Position numbers and translations under genes: made by a program
NCBI GenBank assembly: GCA_965237525.1
Contig: CBDEFO010000008.1
Location: 256,001 to 320,000 of the forward strand
Direction: 5' to 3'
From: Candidatus Latescibacterota bacterium
Lineage (GTDB): Bacteria; Latescibacterota; CBDEFO01
Length of the DNA: 64,000 nt
The notes under the pieces: generated by a model
Seen by the model: only the letters and a program-made list of their open reading frames with translations
Databases searched by the model: none
What the model was told of the DNA's origin: nothing
In this document: one piece after another, positions 10,428 to 20,830 of the stretch
How the letters are laid out: each line of letters starts with the position of its first letter
Numbering within the stretch: position 1 is the stretch's first letter

Positions 10428-11000
10428 ATGATAGAAAAGGTAAAAGGTAGGTTAGAAGAGAGCGCACAGGTAAAAAGAAAGATGATTGAGGAAGGTTCTG
10501 CGGATGATATTGTAAGAATAGCCGACTGCCTCATAGAATCGCTCCATTCGGAGGGAAAGCTCCTTTTGTGCGGAAATGGAGGCAGCGCAGCGGATTCCCA
10601 GCATATGGCCGCTGAGCTTGTGGGCAGGTTCAAGATAGAAAGAAAGGGCCTTCCGGCCATATCGCTGACGACAGATACCTCTATTTTAACGGCGCTGTCA
10701 AACGATTACGACTACGATTCAGTATTTTCCCGTCAAATAGAAGCCCTGGGCAAGGCGGGAGACACACTCGTGGCTTTCTCTACAAGTGGAAACTCCAAGA
10801 ATGTCCTCGAGGCAGTGGAATTAGCCAAAAAGATGGGCATCCGGACCGTGGGATTCACCGGAGGCGACGGAGGAAAGCTCGCAAAAGCGGTGGATATCTG
10901 CCTTGTAGTACCTGCAGTGGGCTCCGACTTGATTCAAGAGGGGCATATTACCGCGTATCACATCATCTGCGGATTCATCGAAGAGGAATTCACCTCTTAA
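10428..11000 (+). CDS. gmhA: D-sedoheptulose 7-phosphate isomerase
   Basis: CGNGGSAADSQH, NDY, STSGNS, IQEGH motifs. Confidence 0.95.
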   Translation: MIEKVKGRLEESAQVKRKMIEEGSADDIVRIADCLIESLHSEGKLLLCGNGGSAADSQHMAAELVGRFKIERKGLPAISLTTDTSILTALSNDYDYDSVFSRQIEALGKAGDTLVAFSTSGNSKNVLEAVELAKKMGIRTVGFTGGDGGKLAKAVDICLVVPAVGSDLIQEGHITAYHIICGFIEEEFTS

Positions 11001-11067
11001 TCCTTCCTGAAGATTCAACTTACCGAGCCTGTGCCTCATCCTTTGCCGGGCAGGCACGTGTTTCTCC

Positions 11068-11096
11068 TTGACTTTGAGGGATAAATAGCGTATCAT
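11068..11096 (+). promoter_or_regulatory. Sigma70-type promoter
   Basis: TTGACT-17 nt-TATCAT. Confidence 0.55.
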
Positions 11097-11163
11097 TTTA
11101 CGTAACATTTTCACAGCTGTCTCGAACGTGGAGGCTCCAATCGTCAATGGAGGTGATACCACA

Positions 11164-11703
11164 ATGGAAAGGCTGATTGCAATAATATTTGCAGGGATGT
11201 TAATTATATCTTTGTGGACAGGATGCGCCTTTGCGGGGCACAGTAGCGATAATGACCCGTTGACCGTCAAAGATATAATAGAGATGAACGCCGCCAAGGT
11301 CGGAGACGAAGTGATAATAAGTCAGATCGAGGCTACAGGCTCGGTCTTTCATCTCTCAACGCAAGAGATAATCGCTCTAAAAGATGCAGGTATAAGCGAT
11401 AAAGTGATAAAAGCCATTATAGAGACGAGGATAAAGAGTCCTTCCTATCAAAGACGGACGGGCTTCACAATCTCCCCGAAGCGCCGTTATCGCTACAGCA
11501 CTCCTTATTACTACCGGACGCTTCATCGTGAGGTTTATTACTATCCGTCGCACGTCCCCACAGTCTCTTACTATCCATCGCATTTCCCTACCTTAATTAT
11601 AGTGCATCGCAGCATTCATGGTAAGGATCACCAGATACATCAAAGGCATTTCAATCACGGGTCGCATACCGTCCATGGCTGGAAGAGAAAAGCAGGATTG
11701 TAG
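11164..11703 (+). CDS. Hypothetical exported protein with a Tyr/His-rich low-complexity tail
   Basis: GGAGGTG RBS, signal peptide, helical repeat 'L.V.DII.M..A.V.DEVII', then a YYP repeat and a His-rich C-terminus. Confidence 0.7.
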   Translation: MERLIAIIFAGMLIISLWTGCAFAGHSSDNDPLTVKDIIEMNAAKVGDEVIISQIEATGSVFHLSTQEIIALKDAGISDKVIKAIIETRIKSPSYQRRTGFTISPKRRYRYSTPYYYRTLHREVYYYPSHVPTVSYYPSHFPTLIIVHRSIHGKDHQIHQRHFNHGSHTVHGWKRKAGL

Positions 11704-11789
11704 TGGAAGTGGGTTTAAATGGGCAGATACTCCCTACATCGTGATTTAGACAAAATGTAACCAAAACTTCTATACGCTGAAAAAGTCCG

Positions 11790-12503
11790 GTGAAGTCTCT
11801 CATAATCATACCCACCTACAACGAGAAAGAGAATATCCGGGAAATTATTCAGGAGCTATTCAAGCTCAGTTTGTGCTTCGAGGTGCTCGTTGTAGACGAC
11901 AACTCTCCCGACGGAACCGGAGAGATCGTTGATGGGCTTTGCGTCGATAATCCTAAAGTTCACGTCATACACAGACCCCGAAAGATGGGTCTGGGATCGG
12001 CCTATGTGGAGGGTTTCAGATTCGCTTTAGAGAAAGATTACGACATCGTCTTTGAGATGGACGCCGATTTTTCCCACGATCCCGGTTATCTACCGATCTT
12101 CCTTGAGCAGATAAAGGAATGCGACCTCGTTTTGGGGTCTCGCTACATACGGGGGATCAGGGTTACAAACTGGCCCTTGGGAAGGCTTCTTTTGAGCTAC
12201 TTTGCGAACATATACGCCAGAACAGTCACCGGCCTACCCGTAAAAGACACCACAGGCGGATTCAAATGCTTCAGACGAGAAGTCCTGGAGAGCATAGACC
12301 TGGACAAGGTGAGCTCGGAAGGGTACTCGTTTCAGATCGAAATGACCTTCAGAGCCTGGAAGAAGGGCTTCAGGATATGCGAGATTCCCATAACCTTTCG
12401 GGACAGACAGAAGGGCAAATCCAAAATGTCCTTTAAAATCAACAGAGAAGCCGTCTGGATGGTCTGGAAGCTGCGCCTGTTGGGAATCTTAAGGAGAATA
12501 TAA
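11790..12503 (+). CDS. Polyprenol monophosphomannose synthase (DPM1-like GT2)
   Basis: IIPTYNE, VDDNSPDGTG, EMDADFSHDP, GYSFQIEM motifs. Confidence 0.92.
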   Translation: MKSLIIIPTYNEKENIREIIQELFKLSLCFEVLVVDDNSPDGTGEIVDGLCVDNPKVHVIHRPRKMGLGSAYVEGFRFALEKDYDIVFEMDADFSHDPGYLPIFLEQIKECDLVLGSRYIRGIRVTNWPLGRLLLSYFANIYARTVTGLPVKDTTGGFKCFRREVLESIDLDKVSSEGYSFQIEMTFRAWKKGFRICEIPITFRDRQKGKSKMSFKINREAVWMVWKLRLLGILRRI

Positions 12504-12508
12504 CCAGT

Positions 12509-14167
12509 ATGGACCTTTCCGTTGTAATAGTAAGCTACAACGTCAAGAGCTTCCTGGAGCAAGCCTTAAGAACCATAACAGACGCCTCACAGGGACTTGA
12601 GGTGGAGATATTCACCGTTGATAACAACTCGGCAGACGGGAGCCCAAAGATGGTGGAGAGCCAGTTCCCCGACGTTCGGCTAATATGCAACGACCGTAAT
12701 GTAGGCTTCGCCAAAGCCAACAACCAGGTTATCCAACTTTGCAAGGGGCGCCATATCCTCCTTATCAACGCAGATACCATAGTCCAACGGGATACACTAA
12801 GAACTATGGTCAAATTTATGGACGAGCACAAGGACGCTGGGGCAGCAGGATGTAAGCTTCTAAACCCTGACGGCACGCTGCAGCTTTCCTGCAGGAGAGG
12901 GTTCCCCTCACCCGATGTGGCGTTCTACAAGATAGTAGGGCTTTCCAACCTCTTTCCCAAAAGCCGCAGATTCGGAAGATACAATCTCACCTATCTCGAC
13001 CCCTCAAAGACTCACGAAGTAGACGCCCTGTCGGGGTCGTTCATGATCGTGCGGAGGGAGATACTCGACCAGGTCGGTCTTTTGGACGACAGGTGGTTTT
13101 TCTACGCCGAAGACCTCGATTGGTGCTACCGGATAAAGCAGGCCGGCTGGAAGGTCTATTACGTTCCCGAAACAGAGATAATACACTTTAAAGGCGAAAG
13201 CTCCAAGAAAGTTCCCAGGGTCAAAGACCGCATAACCTTCTACAGAGCTATGTACATATTCGTCCAGAAGCATTTTAAGAAGCGCCTCTTATTTATCCCC
13301 TTGGAATGGTTTCTGACTGTGGGAATAATCTTAAGAGGGCTCATTTCCATCCTGGTAAGGGCAGGGGAAAAGTTCCTCTGGCCTGTAATCGACTCAGCCT
13401 TGGTCCTCTTAGGCTTATATTTGGGGATAACACTGAGATTTCAGGACTCTATAAAGCCGCCAGCTTTTTCTCAATGGGAATGGACAGCCATATACGCCCT
13501 CTGCTGGGCATCATGGCTTTTGTCCTTTTGGATTTTGGGCCTTTATGACAGAAATAAATATTCTCCTTTCAGAGCGCTTCTGGGAGTACTTACGGGCTAT
13601 CTTCCAATAGCTATTACCGGATTCTCCTTCAGAGAATACCACTTCTCCCGAATAGCGATGTTCTACGCCTGGGCTATAAACTGTGCCTTCATCGCCGGAT
13701 GGAGAACTCTCTTCTACTTAATATCTAAAGCACTGATAGGAAGGGATATAGGTAGAAGGCGCTCGCTTATAGTCGGAGCTGCAGAAGAAGGCGCGTCCTT
13801 TATGCGGATGTTGAACGAGCAGCAGTTAGACTATGAGGTGGTGGGATTTGTGGACTCAAGAGAGGAGATGAGAGGCAATTTGGTCGAAGGAAAGGGCGTT
13901 ATAGGAGTCATCGATGACCTTCCCGCGCTGGTGCGTGAGTATAGAGTCGATGAAATCATAGTAACCACCAAAGACGTGCCCTATTCAGATTTACTCGGAC
14001 TCAATCCGAGACTTTTTGGACCTGCCCTCCAACTCAAGCTTGTCCCCGGCTCTTTTGATTCCCTTATGAACGGAAGAAACATAGGGCACATTGACGACCT
14101 TCCCCTAGTGGAAATCGCCTACAGACGAAAAGGCATCTTGAACAGGATTTTCAGGAGAGATCTTTGA
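12509..14167 (+). CDS. GT2 glycosyltransferase fused to membrane and Rossmann-like domains
   Basis: VIVSYN, GFAKANN, YAEDLDWC; TM helices; IVGA..EG and VVGFVD motifs. Confidence 0.85.
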   Translation: MDLSVVIVSYNVKSFLEQALRTITDASQGLEVEIFTVDNNSADGSPKMVESQFPDVRLICNDRNVGFAKANNQVIQLCKGRHILLINADTIVQRDTLRTMVKFMDEHKDAGAAGCKLLNPDGTLQLSCRRGFPSPDVAFYKIVGLSNLFPKSRRFGRYNLTYLDPSKTHEVDALSGSFMIVRREILDQVGLLDDRWFFYAEDLDWCYRIKQAGWKVYYVPETEIIHFKGESSKKVPRVKDRITFYRAMYIFVQKHFKKRLLFIPLEWFLTVGIILRGLISILVRAGEKFLWPVIDSALVLLGLYLGITLRFQDSIKPPAFSQWEWTAIYALCWASWLLSFWILGLYDRNKYSPFRALLGVLTGYLPIAITGFSFREYHFSRIAMFYAWAINCAFIAGWRTLFYLISKALIGRDIGRRRSLIVGAAEEGASFMRMLNEQQLDYEVVGFVDSREEMRGNLVEGKGVIGVIDDLPALVREYRVDEIIVTTKDVPYSDLLGLNPRLFGPALQLKLVPGSFDSLMNGRNIGHIDDLPLVEIAYRRKGILNRIFRRDL

Positions 14168-15750
14168 ATGCTTGTTTCCACCTGTCTACTGCCTGCTGGC
14201 TAATGTCTGCTGTCCTTATCATCTCCTGCGCAGGGGAGGAAGAAAAAAGGGTAGACATCTTCCGATTTAGAATCGGAGCAGACCCTCCCTCTTTAGATCC
14301 AGTCCACTCCACAGATACCATCTCAGGAGCCATCGTCTCGCACATATTCGACGGACTGGTGAAACTGGATCCCGAAACTGGAGAAGTAGTCCCCGCCGTC
14401 GCCGACACCTTCTGGTCGTCTCAAGACGGAAAAGTATGGACCTTCCGTCTCAAAAAGGGCGTCCGCTTCCACAACGGAAGAGAAGTGATAGCAAGGGATT
14501 TCCACTACTCCTTCGAAAGGGTGCTGTCCCCAGAAACCAGAGCCGAAAGGCCCTGGGTCCTCGAACCGATATTAGGCGCAAGAGATTTTATAGACGGAAT
14601 AGTCTTCAGCGTTGAGGGCATTCAGGCTGTAGATGACTATACACTGGTCATAACACTCGAAGAGCACTTCGCCCCGTTCTTGACCCAATTGTGTATGGAG
14701 ATAGCAAGTGTAGTGCCGGGCGAAGAAGTCGCAAAGCGGAAAGAGGACTTTTCATCCCATCCTGTCGGCTGTGGACCCTTCAAGTTTTCCGAATGGAAGC
14801 ACGATGTCCAAGTGAGGCTCGAAAGATTCGACGACTACTATGGTCAAAGAGCCCATATAGATGGAATCGAATACCACATACTCCCGGACGTAAGCGTAGC
14901 CCTAGAAAAATACAAAGCGGGAGAGCTCGACCTCTTAGATGACATACCCCCAGGACAAGTCCGGTTCCTTAAGGGTAGATTCCCCGATGAAGTTAAGATA
15001 TGGCCCGTTATGTCCATAAGATACCTGGGAATGGACCTTCAACGGGAGCCGTTCAGGGACAACGTCCTTTTAAGGAAGGCTATCAACTACGCTATAGACA
15101 AGATAAACTTGTGCGACGTAATAATGGAAGGGTGCGCCGTCCCCGCCAAGGGAGTCCTCCCCCCTTTGCTGTGGGACGGAAAAGAAAGGCTCGACGTGTA
15201 CCCTTATAGTCCGAAAAAGGCAAAAGAGCTTCTGGAGGAGGCGGGATTCCCAGACGGAGAGGGACTCCCAGAGCTTACCCTGTGGCATCCAAACAGCCAG
15301 GCCGAACAGAGGGTATGGCAGTTTGTTCAGGCCAATCTCCAGGACATAGGGATAAAGACCAAGCTTAAGAGTCTCGATTGGGCGGTATATCTTTCGGTGG
15401 TTCGCCGAGGAAGGGCGCAACTTTTCAGAGGTAGTTGGGTCGCCGACTATCCTGACCCTCACAACTTTCTCTACATACTTTTATACAGGAAAAACTTCGG
15501 AGAGGCGGGCAACTACGCAAGATATTCTAACCTCCGATTCGACGCTCTGGTTGAGGAAGCCAAAAGGGAGAGGGATCCCCATAAGAGGAGAAAACTCTAT
15601 AGAGAGGCCGAGAGCATAGCTGTCGAAGAGGTCCCCTGGGCCTTTCTCTTCCACACAAGCGACAGGATGATCATAAAGCCCGAATGGAAAGGAGTCGTCC
15701 TTTCCCAGCAGGGAGACTGGATGATTCCACTTGAGAGGGTGTATAAGTGA
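14164..15750 (+). CDS. Peptide ABC transporter substrate-binding lipoprotein (family 5)
   Basis: Lipobox IISC; SLDP, LKKGVRFHNG, PVGCGPFK, W.ADYPDP motifs. Confidence 0.92.
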   Translation: MNACFHLSTACWLMSAVLIISCAGEEEKRVDIFRFRIGADPPSLDPVHSTDTISGAIVSHIFDGLVKLDPETGEVVPAVADTFWSSQDGKVWTFRLKKGVRFHNGREVIARDFHYSFERVLSPETRAERPWVLEPILGARDFIDGIVFSVEGIQAVDDYTLVITLEEHFAPFLTQLCMEIASVVPGEEVAKRKEDFSSHPVGCGPFKFSEWKHDVQVRLERFDDYYGQRAHIDGIEYHILPDVSVALEKYKAGELDLLDDIPPGQVRFLKGRFPDEVKIWPVMSIRYLGMDLQREPFRDNVLLRKAINYAIDKINLCDVIMEGCAVPAKGVLPPLLWDGKERLDVYPYSPKKAKELLEEAGFPDGEGLPELTLWHPNSQAEQRVWQFVQANLQDIGIKTKLKSLDWAVYLSVVRRGRAQLFRGSWVADYPDPHNFLYILLYRKNFGEAGNYARYSNLRFDALVEEAKRERDPHKRRKLYREAESIAVEEVPWAFLFHTSDRMIIKPEWKGVVLSQQGDWMIPLERVYK

Positions 15751-15756
15751 GCTTAA

Positions 15757-16005
15757 TCACTCTCTTTTCCCCTTTTCTAACAATTTGGACAACGGAATCA
15801 GTTCCAGAAAAGCCAGTGCCCTGCTGTAATTCCGTCTTTCCAGATAATGCCGCAGCATAGTGGGGACCTCCGAACCCATCTGGGTTTTCAGTCTTTCTAT
15901 GATCTCTATCTGGCCGGCAATAGTTGGGCCTTCCTTTTCTGTCCCATCGAGTCGGAGCAAAGTTGCTATAGCATCTCGCAATTGTTCAGCAAGATCGCGT
16001 GTCAT
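15757..16005 (-). CDS. Hypothetical protein, diverged duplicate of 16388..16624
   Basis: Shares GPTIAGQIEIIERLKTQMGSE..MLRHYLE. Confidence 0.6.
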   Translation of the reverse strand: MTRDLAEQLRDAIATLLRLDGTEKEGPTIAGQIEIIERLKTQMGSEVPTMLRHYLERRNYSRALAFLELIPLSKLLEKGKRE

Positions 16006-16019
16006 TTCAATATACTCCC

Positions 16020-16190
16020 CCTTTACAATTTTGATAGAGGAATCTCTGCTCCTTTAGAGGTCCCTGTGAGATCCGTCACAGAACGGCTGATCTTTCGGGC
16101 GTCCGCATCGTTACCAAATAGGTATCAGGCTCAAGCTAACGGGTGATGGGACTTCTAGCTGCAATTACTGGTTGACCGCTTATATCACTT
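16020..16190 (-). pseudogene. Decayed CDGSH iron-sulfur protein duplicate
   Basis: Colinear with 16675-16911 (KDQPFCDGSH retained), with indels and no start codon. Confidence 0.75.
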
Positions 16191-16387
16191 TTCTCCTTGC
16201 TGAAGAGCCCCACTTAAAGAGAGTCGTTTGAAAAGGAAGACGCTCACCGGGCGTTTCTCTTATACGCAAGCGAAAGGATGATGATAAAGCCTAACTTGAA
16301 AGGAGTCGTCCTTGCCCATCAGGAGTACTGGCAATACCGCTTGAGAGGGTCTACAGGTGAATTTCATCAGCCTTTTTCCAAGCGCAC

Positions 16388-16624
16388 TTAACAATTGGGG
16401 ACAGCTGTATCATCACGTCCCTCCAGAAAATCCAGCGCCTTGGAAAAGCTCCGTTTCTCCAGATAATGCCGCAGCATAGTGGGGGTCTCCGAACCCATCT
16501 GGGTTTTCAGTCTTTCTATGATCTCAATCTGACCGGCAATAGTTGGCCCTTCCACTTCTGTTCCATGAAGTCTCAGCAAGGTCGCAATAGCTTCGTGCAG
16601 TTGTTCACCAATATCGCTTACCAT
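16388..16624 (-). CDS. Conserved-looking hypothetical protein
   Basis: RBS plus ATG; LRHYLEKRSFSKALDFL. Confidence 0.65.
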   Translation of the reverse strand: MVSDIGEQLHEAIATLLRLHGTEVEGPTIAGQIEIIERLKTQMGSETPTMLRHYLEKRSFSKALDFLEGRDDTAVPNC

Positions 16625-16674
16625 TTCGATGTACCCCTTCATTATATAATGTTGAAATAAAACTCTCCGTTCCT

Positions 16675-16911
16675 TCAGACGTTCTTGTGCGATCCATCGC
16701 AGAACGGGGCGTCGCCTGTGTGCTTGCATCGGCAGAACACAAACCGTTTCTTCTCCTCTACTGTGAATTCCACCGGAGTAAATCCAGTTCCTTTGTGAGA
16801 TCCATCACAGAACGGTTGATCTTTCGAGCGTCCGCACCGACACCAGTAGTACGTATCTGGTTCAAGCTCAAGGGCGATGGGCTTTCTGGCTGCAATTACA
16901 GGTTGGCTCAT
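16675..16911 (-). CDS. CDGSH iron-sulfur domain protein (two motifs, MiNT/CISD3-like)
   Basis: WCRCGRSKDQPFCDGSH and FCRCKHT..PFCDGSH; AAGGAG RBS. Confidence 0.95.
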   Translation of the reverse strand: MSQPVIAARKPIALELEPDTYYWCRCGRSKDQPFCDGSHKGTGFTPVEFTVEEKKRFVFCRCKHTGDAPFCDGSHKNV

Positions 16912-17191
16912 GTCACTTTTCTCCTTGCTAAGGATCCCATTGGTGGGAAGTCGTTTAAAAAGAAAGATACAAAAGATTGAACCTGCACAATGTTCAATAA
17001 ATCTTCACATCATACAAATCCACCTACATAATCAGTCCAACTCCTACGATGCAACTGTCCCTGAACTGCGCCCCAGGAAAAGTTCTTGCTTTACGTTAAA
17101 AAGCCGCCTCTTCAGACTTGCTATTGCCTGCGATATTTAGAACGCATCTCGAAGGCGTGTTGATGCCCAAATTTTAAATGTCAACTATAAC

Positions 17192-18559
17192 TCATTGTTT
17201 GTTTTCATTGCATATATCAAGGCCATTTAACCTGCGCACAACGTCAAAGAGGACCTGCACCCCAAAGAGGACGTTGTCGGCAGAGATCCTCTCGTCGTGA
17301 CCGTGACACAACTGAAAGAACGTAGGCCCTGGTTCGTACTTCATCGGGAGGAAGCCGTAGACCTTCGTCTTTGTCCCTACAAAAGGCCTCGCATCTGTCC
17401 CGCCCGTTGCCATATATGGTATCACAAACGCCTCCGGATGATGCTTGGCGATAGCTTCCTGTACATACCCAAAGAGCGGGGTATCGTGGCCGGCTTCCAG
17501 CCCCCGAGCAAACCCTTCAGCACTTATGTCCACGTCGTCGCCTACGATCTTCTTCATCTCCTCTATAAACCCTTCTGCATCTACATCGGGAAGGGTCCGA
17601 CCGCTCAATTTGACCTTCACCTCAGACGGAATCACGTTCCTCTTTACTCCGCCCTCTAACATAGTAGGAGCGCAGGTGTTTCTGAGCATAGCATCGAACA
17701 TCCAGGCAGTTGGAGCGTCTACAGGCAACTTTTCCAAGATCTCTGGCTCCTTCTGGGGGTCAAGCATATCCAGATATAATTTTTTCGAGTCTTCGTCATC
17801 CTGAGCATTTGCTATCCCCTCGAAGAATTTACGTACAGAATCGGTGACCCTATGAGGCATTTTCTCTTCAGATATGCGTTCTATTGTCCGAGCTAAACGA
17901 TAGATGGAATTGTCATCGTGAGGCGTCGAACTGTGTCCCGGCTGTCCCTTTGCAATTAGATCCACGTTATATGCGCCCTTTTCAGCGGTCTGACACAGAT
18001 AGAAGTGCTTTCCTCCCACGAGTATAGCGAATCCTCCGCCCTCGTTTATGCAGTACTCCGATTCTATCAGATCGTAGTGATTGTCCACAAGCCAATTTGC
18101 ACCGTATGCGCCCCCCATCTCCTCATCCGCACAAGCTGCGATTATGACGTCCCTTTTCAGGGGAACTTTATGGCGGGACAGAAGAAGGAGGATCATCATT
18201 TCAACGGCAGTCGTAAGCTTGGAGTCTATTGCGCCCCTCCCCCAGATGTAGCCGTCAGCCAGAGTAGCTGAAAAGGGTGGGTACGTCCACTCATCCGGTT
18301 CTACGGGCACCACGTCCACGTGCGAAAGTAAAAGGAGGGGCGGCAGTTCCCCTGTTCCCTTCAATCTCCCTACCGCGTTCGCCCGATCTGGAGCAGACTT
18401 CAATACAGAAGTCTGGATTCCATCATCAGACAGCACATCGGCTACAAATTCGATAGCCGGAAGTTCATTTCCCGGAGGATTCGTGGTGTCGAATCGGATC
18501 AACTGCCGTAAAAGCTCAACCGCCTCGTCTTTGACTGGCTTCCAATCTATATTTTCCAT
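17192..18559 (-). CDS. M20/M25/M40 metallo-hydrolase
   Basis: SHVDVVP, GRGAID.K, ADEE, NEGG, GGTD, HG.DERI motifs. Confidence 0.92.
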   Translation of the reverse strand: MENIDWKPVKDEAVELLRQLIRFDTTNPPGNELPAIEFVADVLSDDGIQTSVLKSAPDRANAVGRLKGTGELPPLLLLSHVDVVPVEPDEWTYPPFSATLADGYIWGRGAIDSKLTTAVEMMILLLLSRHKVPLKRDVIIAACADEEMGGAYGANWLVDNHYDLIESEYCINEGGGFAILVGGKHFYLCQTAEKGAYNVDLIAKGQPGHSSTPHDDNSIYRLARTIERISEEKMPHRVTDSVRKFFEGIANAQDDEDSKKLYLDMLDPQKEPEILEKLPVDAPTAWMFDAMLRNTCAPTMLEGGVKRNVIPSEVKVKLSGRTLPDVDAEGFIEEMKKIVGDDVDISAEGFARGLEAGHDTPLFGYVQEAIAKHHPEAFVIPYMATGGTDARPFVGTKTKVYGFLPMKYEPGPTFFQLCHGHDERISADNVLFGVQVLFDVVRRLNGLDICNENKQ

Positions 18560-18663
18560 GCAAGTCTCCACAAGTCTGCAGTGGCAGATCCAAGTGCCCG
18601 CCGCGAAAGCTTGGACCAATCGCGCGAACACATAGGTTCGCCCTTACAGGTGTCCTCTTAAAC

Positions 18664-18978
18664 CTAAGAACCAGCCCTTATCGCATTCCTTATCAAATAC
18701 TTGGCCGGAAGCGGCCATCCTCTTCCGTCTTCTTTCTTGTAGACTCTGCACGTCAGCGCATAGTGCTTCGTAGACTCGGCCTCGGGGTCTATGTCCACTC
18801 CGTTTACCCTGATAGTCGGAGATCCCAAAAACTTCAGATCTACTGCCTGCTGGTCTGAGTCCACCTCGATGCGCTCTACCTCCGCAGTTACTTCCTCCTC
18901 TTGGAGGACTTCGTTCAAGAGTTCGTATCCCCGCTCGTGGGAGGGACAACCTTTAAAGAAGAGATAATCTATATGCAT
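18664..18978 (-). CDS. Thioredoxin-fold protein (DUF2703/MerB-associated-like)
   Basis: FKGCPS, FLGSPTIRVNGVDI, CRVY motifs. Confidence 0.75.
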   Translation of the reverse strand: MHIDYLFFKGCPSHERGYELLNEVLQEEEVTAEVERIEVDSDQQAVDLKFLGSPTIRVNGVDIDPEAESTKHYALTCRVYKKEDGRGWPLPAKYLIRNAIRAGS

Positions 18979-19122
18979 ATTCGGCTTCAGAGACCAAGTA
19001 TCAGTTCCAAATCGTGTGGAGGTGGTTATACAGATCCAAAATAGTGGACGCACCTAGTAGACGAGGCAGTTTAAGTGAGCATGCCTCGCTCCCCCGATAG
19101 TATGGATTTTTCTGGGATAGTA

Positions 19123-19491
19123 TTAGTCGAGATTCTCGTTGAAGAGGATTTGATTTCCGAATGGATCCTTCACGGTGACTGTCCTGGCATTCCATGGGGC
19201 CTGTTCCAGACCAGGACGATTGTATTTGTAATCCTTATCGGATAGTTCCCGGTGGAGATCCTCAATCCCGGTGATGTGCACGAACACTTTCGCACCAGGA
19301 CAACAATCACCATGATGCTCTGAAAGATGAAGGACCAGATCTCCCCTTGAGATCTGCATGTAGATCGGCATCCCCTCGCCGAAGCTGTGTTGCCAATCAA
19401 TTTTGAAGCCGAGCCAATCAATATAAAATTGGGTGGTCTTTGAGATGTCGAATATTCGCAGAACGGGTATTACCTGTTCGAATGTAGCCAC
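19123..19491 (-). CDS. Glyoxalase/bleomycin-resistance (VOC) family protein
   Basis: FY..WLGF.IDWQH, LHLSEHHGD, DPFGN motifs. Confidence 0.9.
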   Translation of the reverse strand: MATFEQVIPVLRIFDISKTTQFYIDWLGFKIDWQHSFGEGMPIYMQISRGDLVLHLSEHHGDCCPGAKVFVHITGIEDLHRELSDKDYKYNRPGLEQAPWNARTVTVKDPFGNQILFNENLD

Positions 19492-19537
19492 GATTGCCCC
19501 CTCTTTACTGTCTCCTTACTTAAGTGCCACTCGCCCC

Positions 19538-20758
19538 TTAGATCCGCTCCCACCAGTCCGGATCTACGCCCGTCATCATGGCCCGTTCCACCTTGCTTAA
19601 TGGACGCCTGTCTTCTATGTCGTATTTGCTCTTATCGCACACGTTCCCGTTCCGTATTGTAGCCACTGCCGAAAGCTTCTTGTCCCATGTGGCCTTCTGG
19701 CCGTGAGTATCTACAAAACCGAATTCGCCCTCTAAAAGCTCGAAGACTCCGATGTCCGCGGAGTAGCCCACCTTCAGGCTCCCCATTTCGTCCTCCCTTT
19801 TCACAGCCCGCGCCGGTGCGATAGTGCTCTTTTCTATAGCGTCCTCCAAACTCATCCCCATATAGAGGAACTTGGATATGGTCGTAGGGAAATCGTAGAC
19901 TGGACCTCCAATGCTTAAGCTGTGCAGATCTGTGCTGATAACATCTGGCAGGAAGTGGTGCTCGAAAGCCGCCTTTGCCGTATCGAAATTGAAACTCCCC
20001 GCGCCGTGTCCCACGTCGAATATCACCCCTCTCTCCCGGGCGACGATCACTTCGGGAAGCAGATTGTCCTTCTCATCTATGATGCCGTCACCTCTGCCCT
20101 GATAGCAGTGGGTCACAATATCGCCCGGCCGCAGAAGTTTAAGTACGTCCGGGAGCGGAACGCCAGCCCCTATGTGAACCATTAGGGGGGTACCTGAGTT
20201 CTCAGCCGCCCGGACAGCCATCCTGAGCGGCTCGACCCCGTTTTGTTGTCCCACCTGCCCTCCCCCCTGTCTGACCTTCACACCCACAGCGATATCTCTG
20301 TTCTCCTCTATCGCCTGAGCTACCTCGTCAGGAGCCGCGTAGTCCATATCAAGCATCTCTCCCACAGGCCCGTAGACCAGGCCGATGCCCGATATGTGAA
20401 TAAACGAAAGTACCCTTGTTCGGGATCGGTTGACCACCAACTCCCTGAACCCCGGAAACGTTACCCAGCCAGGACTGCCTGCGTCCACTGCTCCTGTCAC
20501 ACCGTTCAAAAGGCACACAGGATCGGCCTCAATCCCCCATGTGGTTACCCCCACATATACGTGAATATGGATGTCCAGAAGCCCCGGAGTTACGAATTTG
20601 CCCGATGCGTCAAAAACCTCTGACGCATCCTCAGGCTTGATGTCCTCCTCAAGAGCGACCACCTTCCCACCCTTGATCCCCACGTCCATGTTGCAGTTGA
20701 TCCTTTGAGAAGGGTCTATTACAACCCCTCCCTTTACAACCAGATCGTATTTCATCAT
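19538..20758 (-). CDS. Amidohydrolase/deacetylase (dihydroorotase-like EF_0837-type)
   Basis: PGLLDIHIH, VDAGS, THC, DVGHG.GSF, ISTDLH motifs. Confidence 0.88.
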   Translation of the reverse strand: MMKYDLVVKGGVVIDPSQRINCNMDVGIKGGKVVALEEDIKPEDASEVFDASGKFVTPGLLDIHIHVYVGVTTWGIEADPVCLLNGVTGAVDAGSPGWVTFPGFRELVVNRSRTRVLSFIHISGIGLVYGPVGEMLDMDYAAPDEVAQAIEENRDIAVGVKVRQGGGQVGQQNGVEPLRMAVRAAENSGTPLMVHIGAGVPLPDVLKLLRPGDIVTHCYQGRGDGIIDEKDNLLPEVIVARERGVIFDVGHGAGSFNFDTAKAAFEHHFLPDVISTDLHSLSIGGPVYDFPTTISKFLYMGMSLEDAIEKSTIAPARAVKREDEMGSLKVGYSADIGVFELLEGEFGFVDTHGQKATWDKKLSAVATIRNGNVCDKSKYDIEDRRPLSKVERAMMTGVDPDWWERI

Positions 20759-20830
20759 CACGCCCTCAGATAAGTAGACAGGGACACCTCCTCCCATCCT
20801 GTCAATGATAGTGGAAGCACAGATCCCGAA

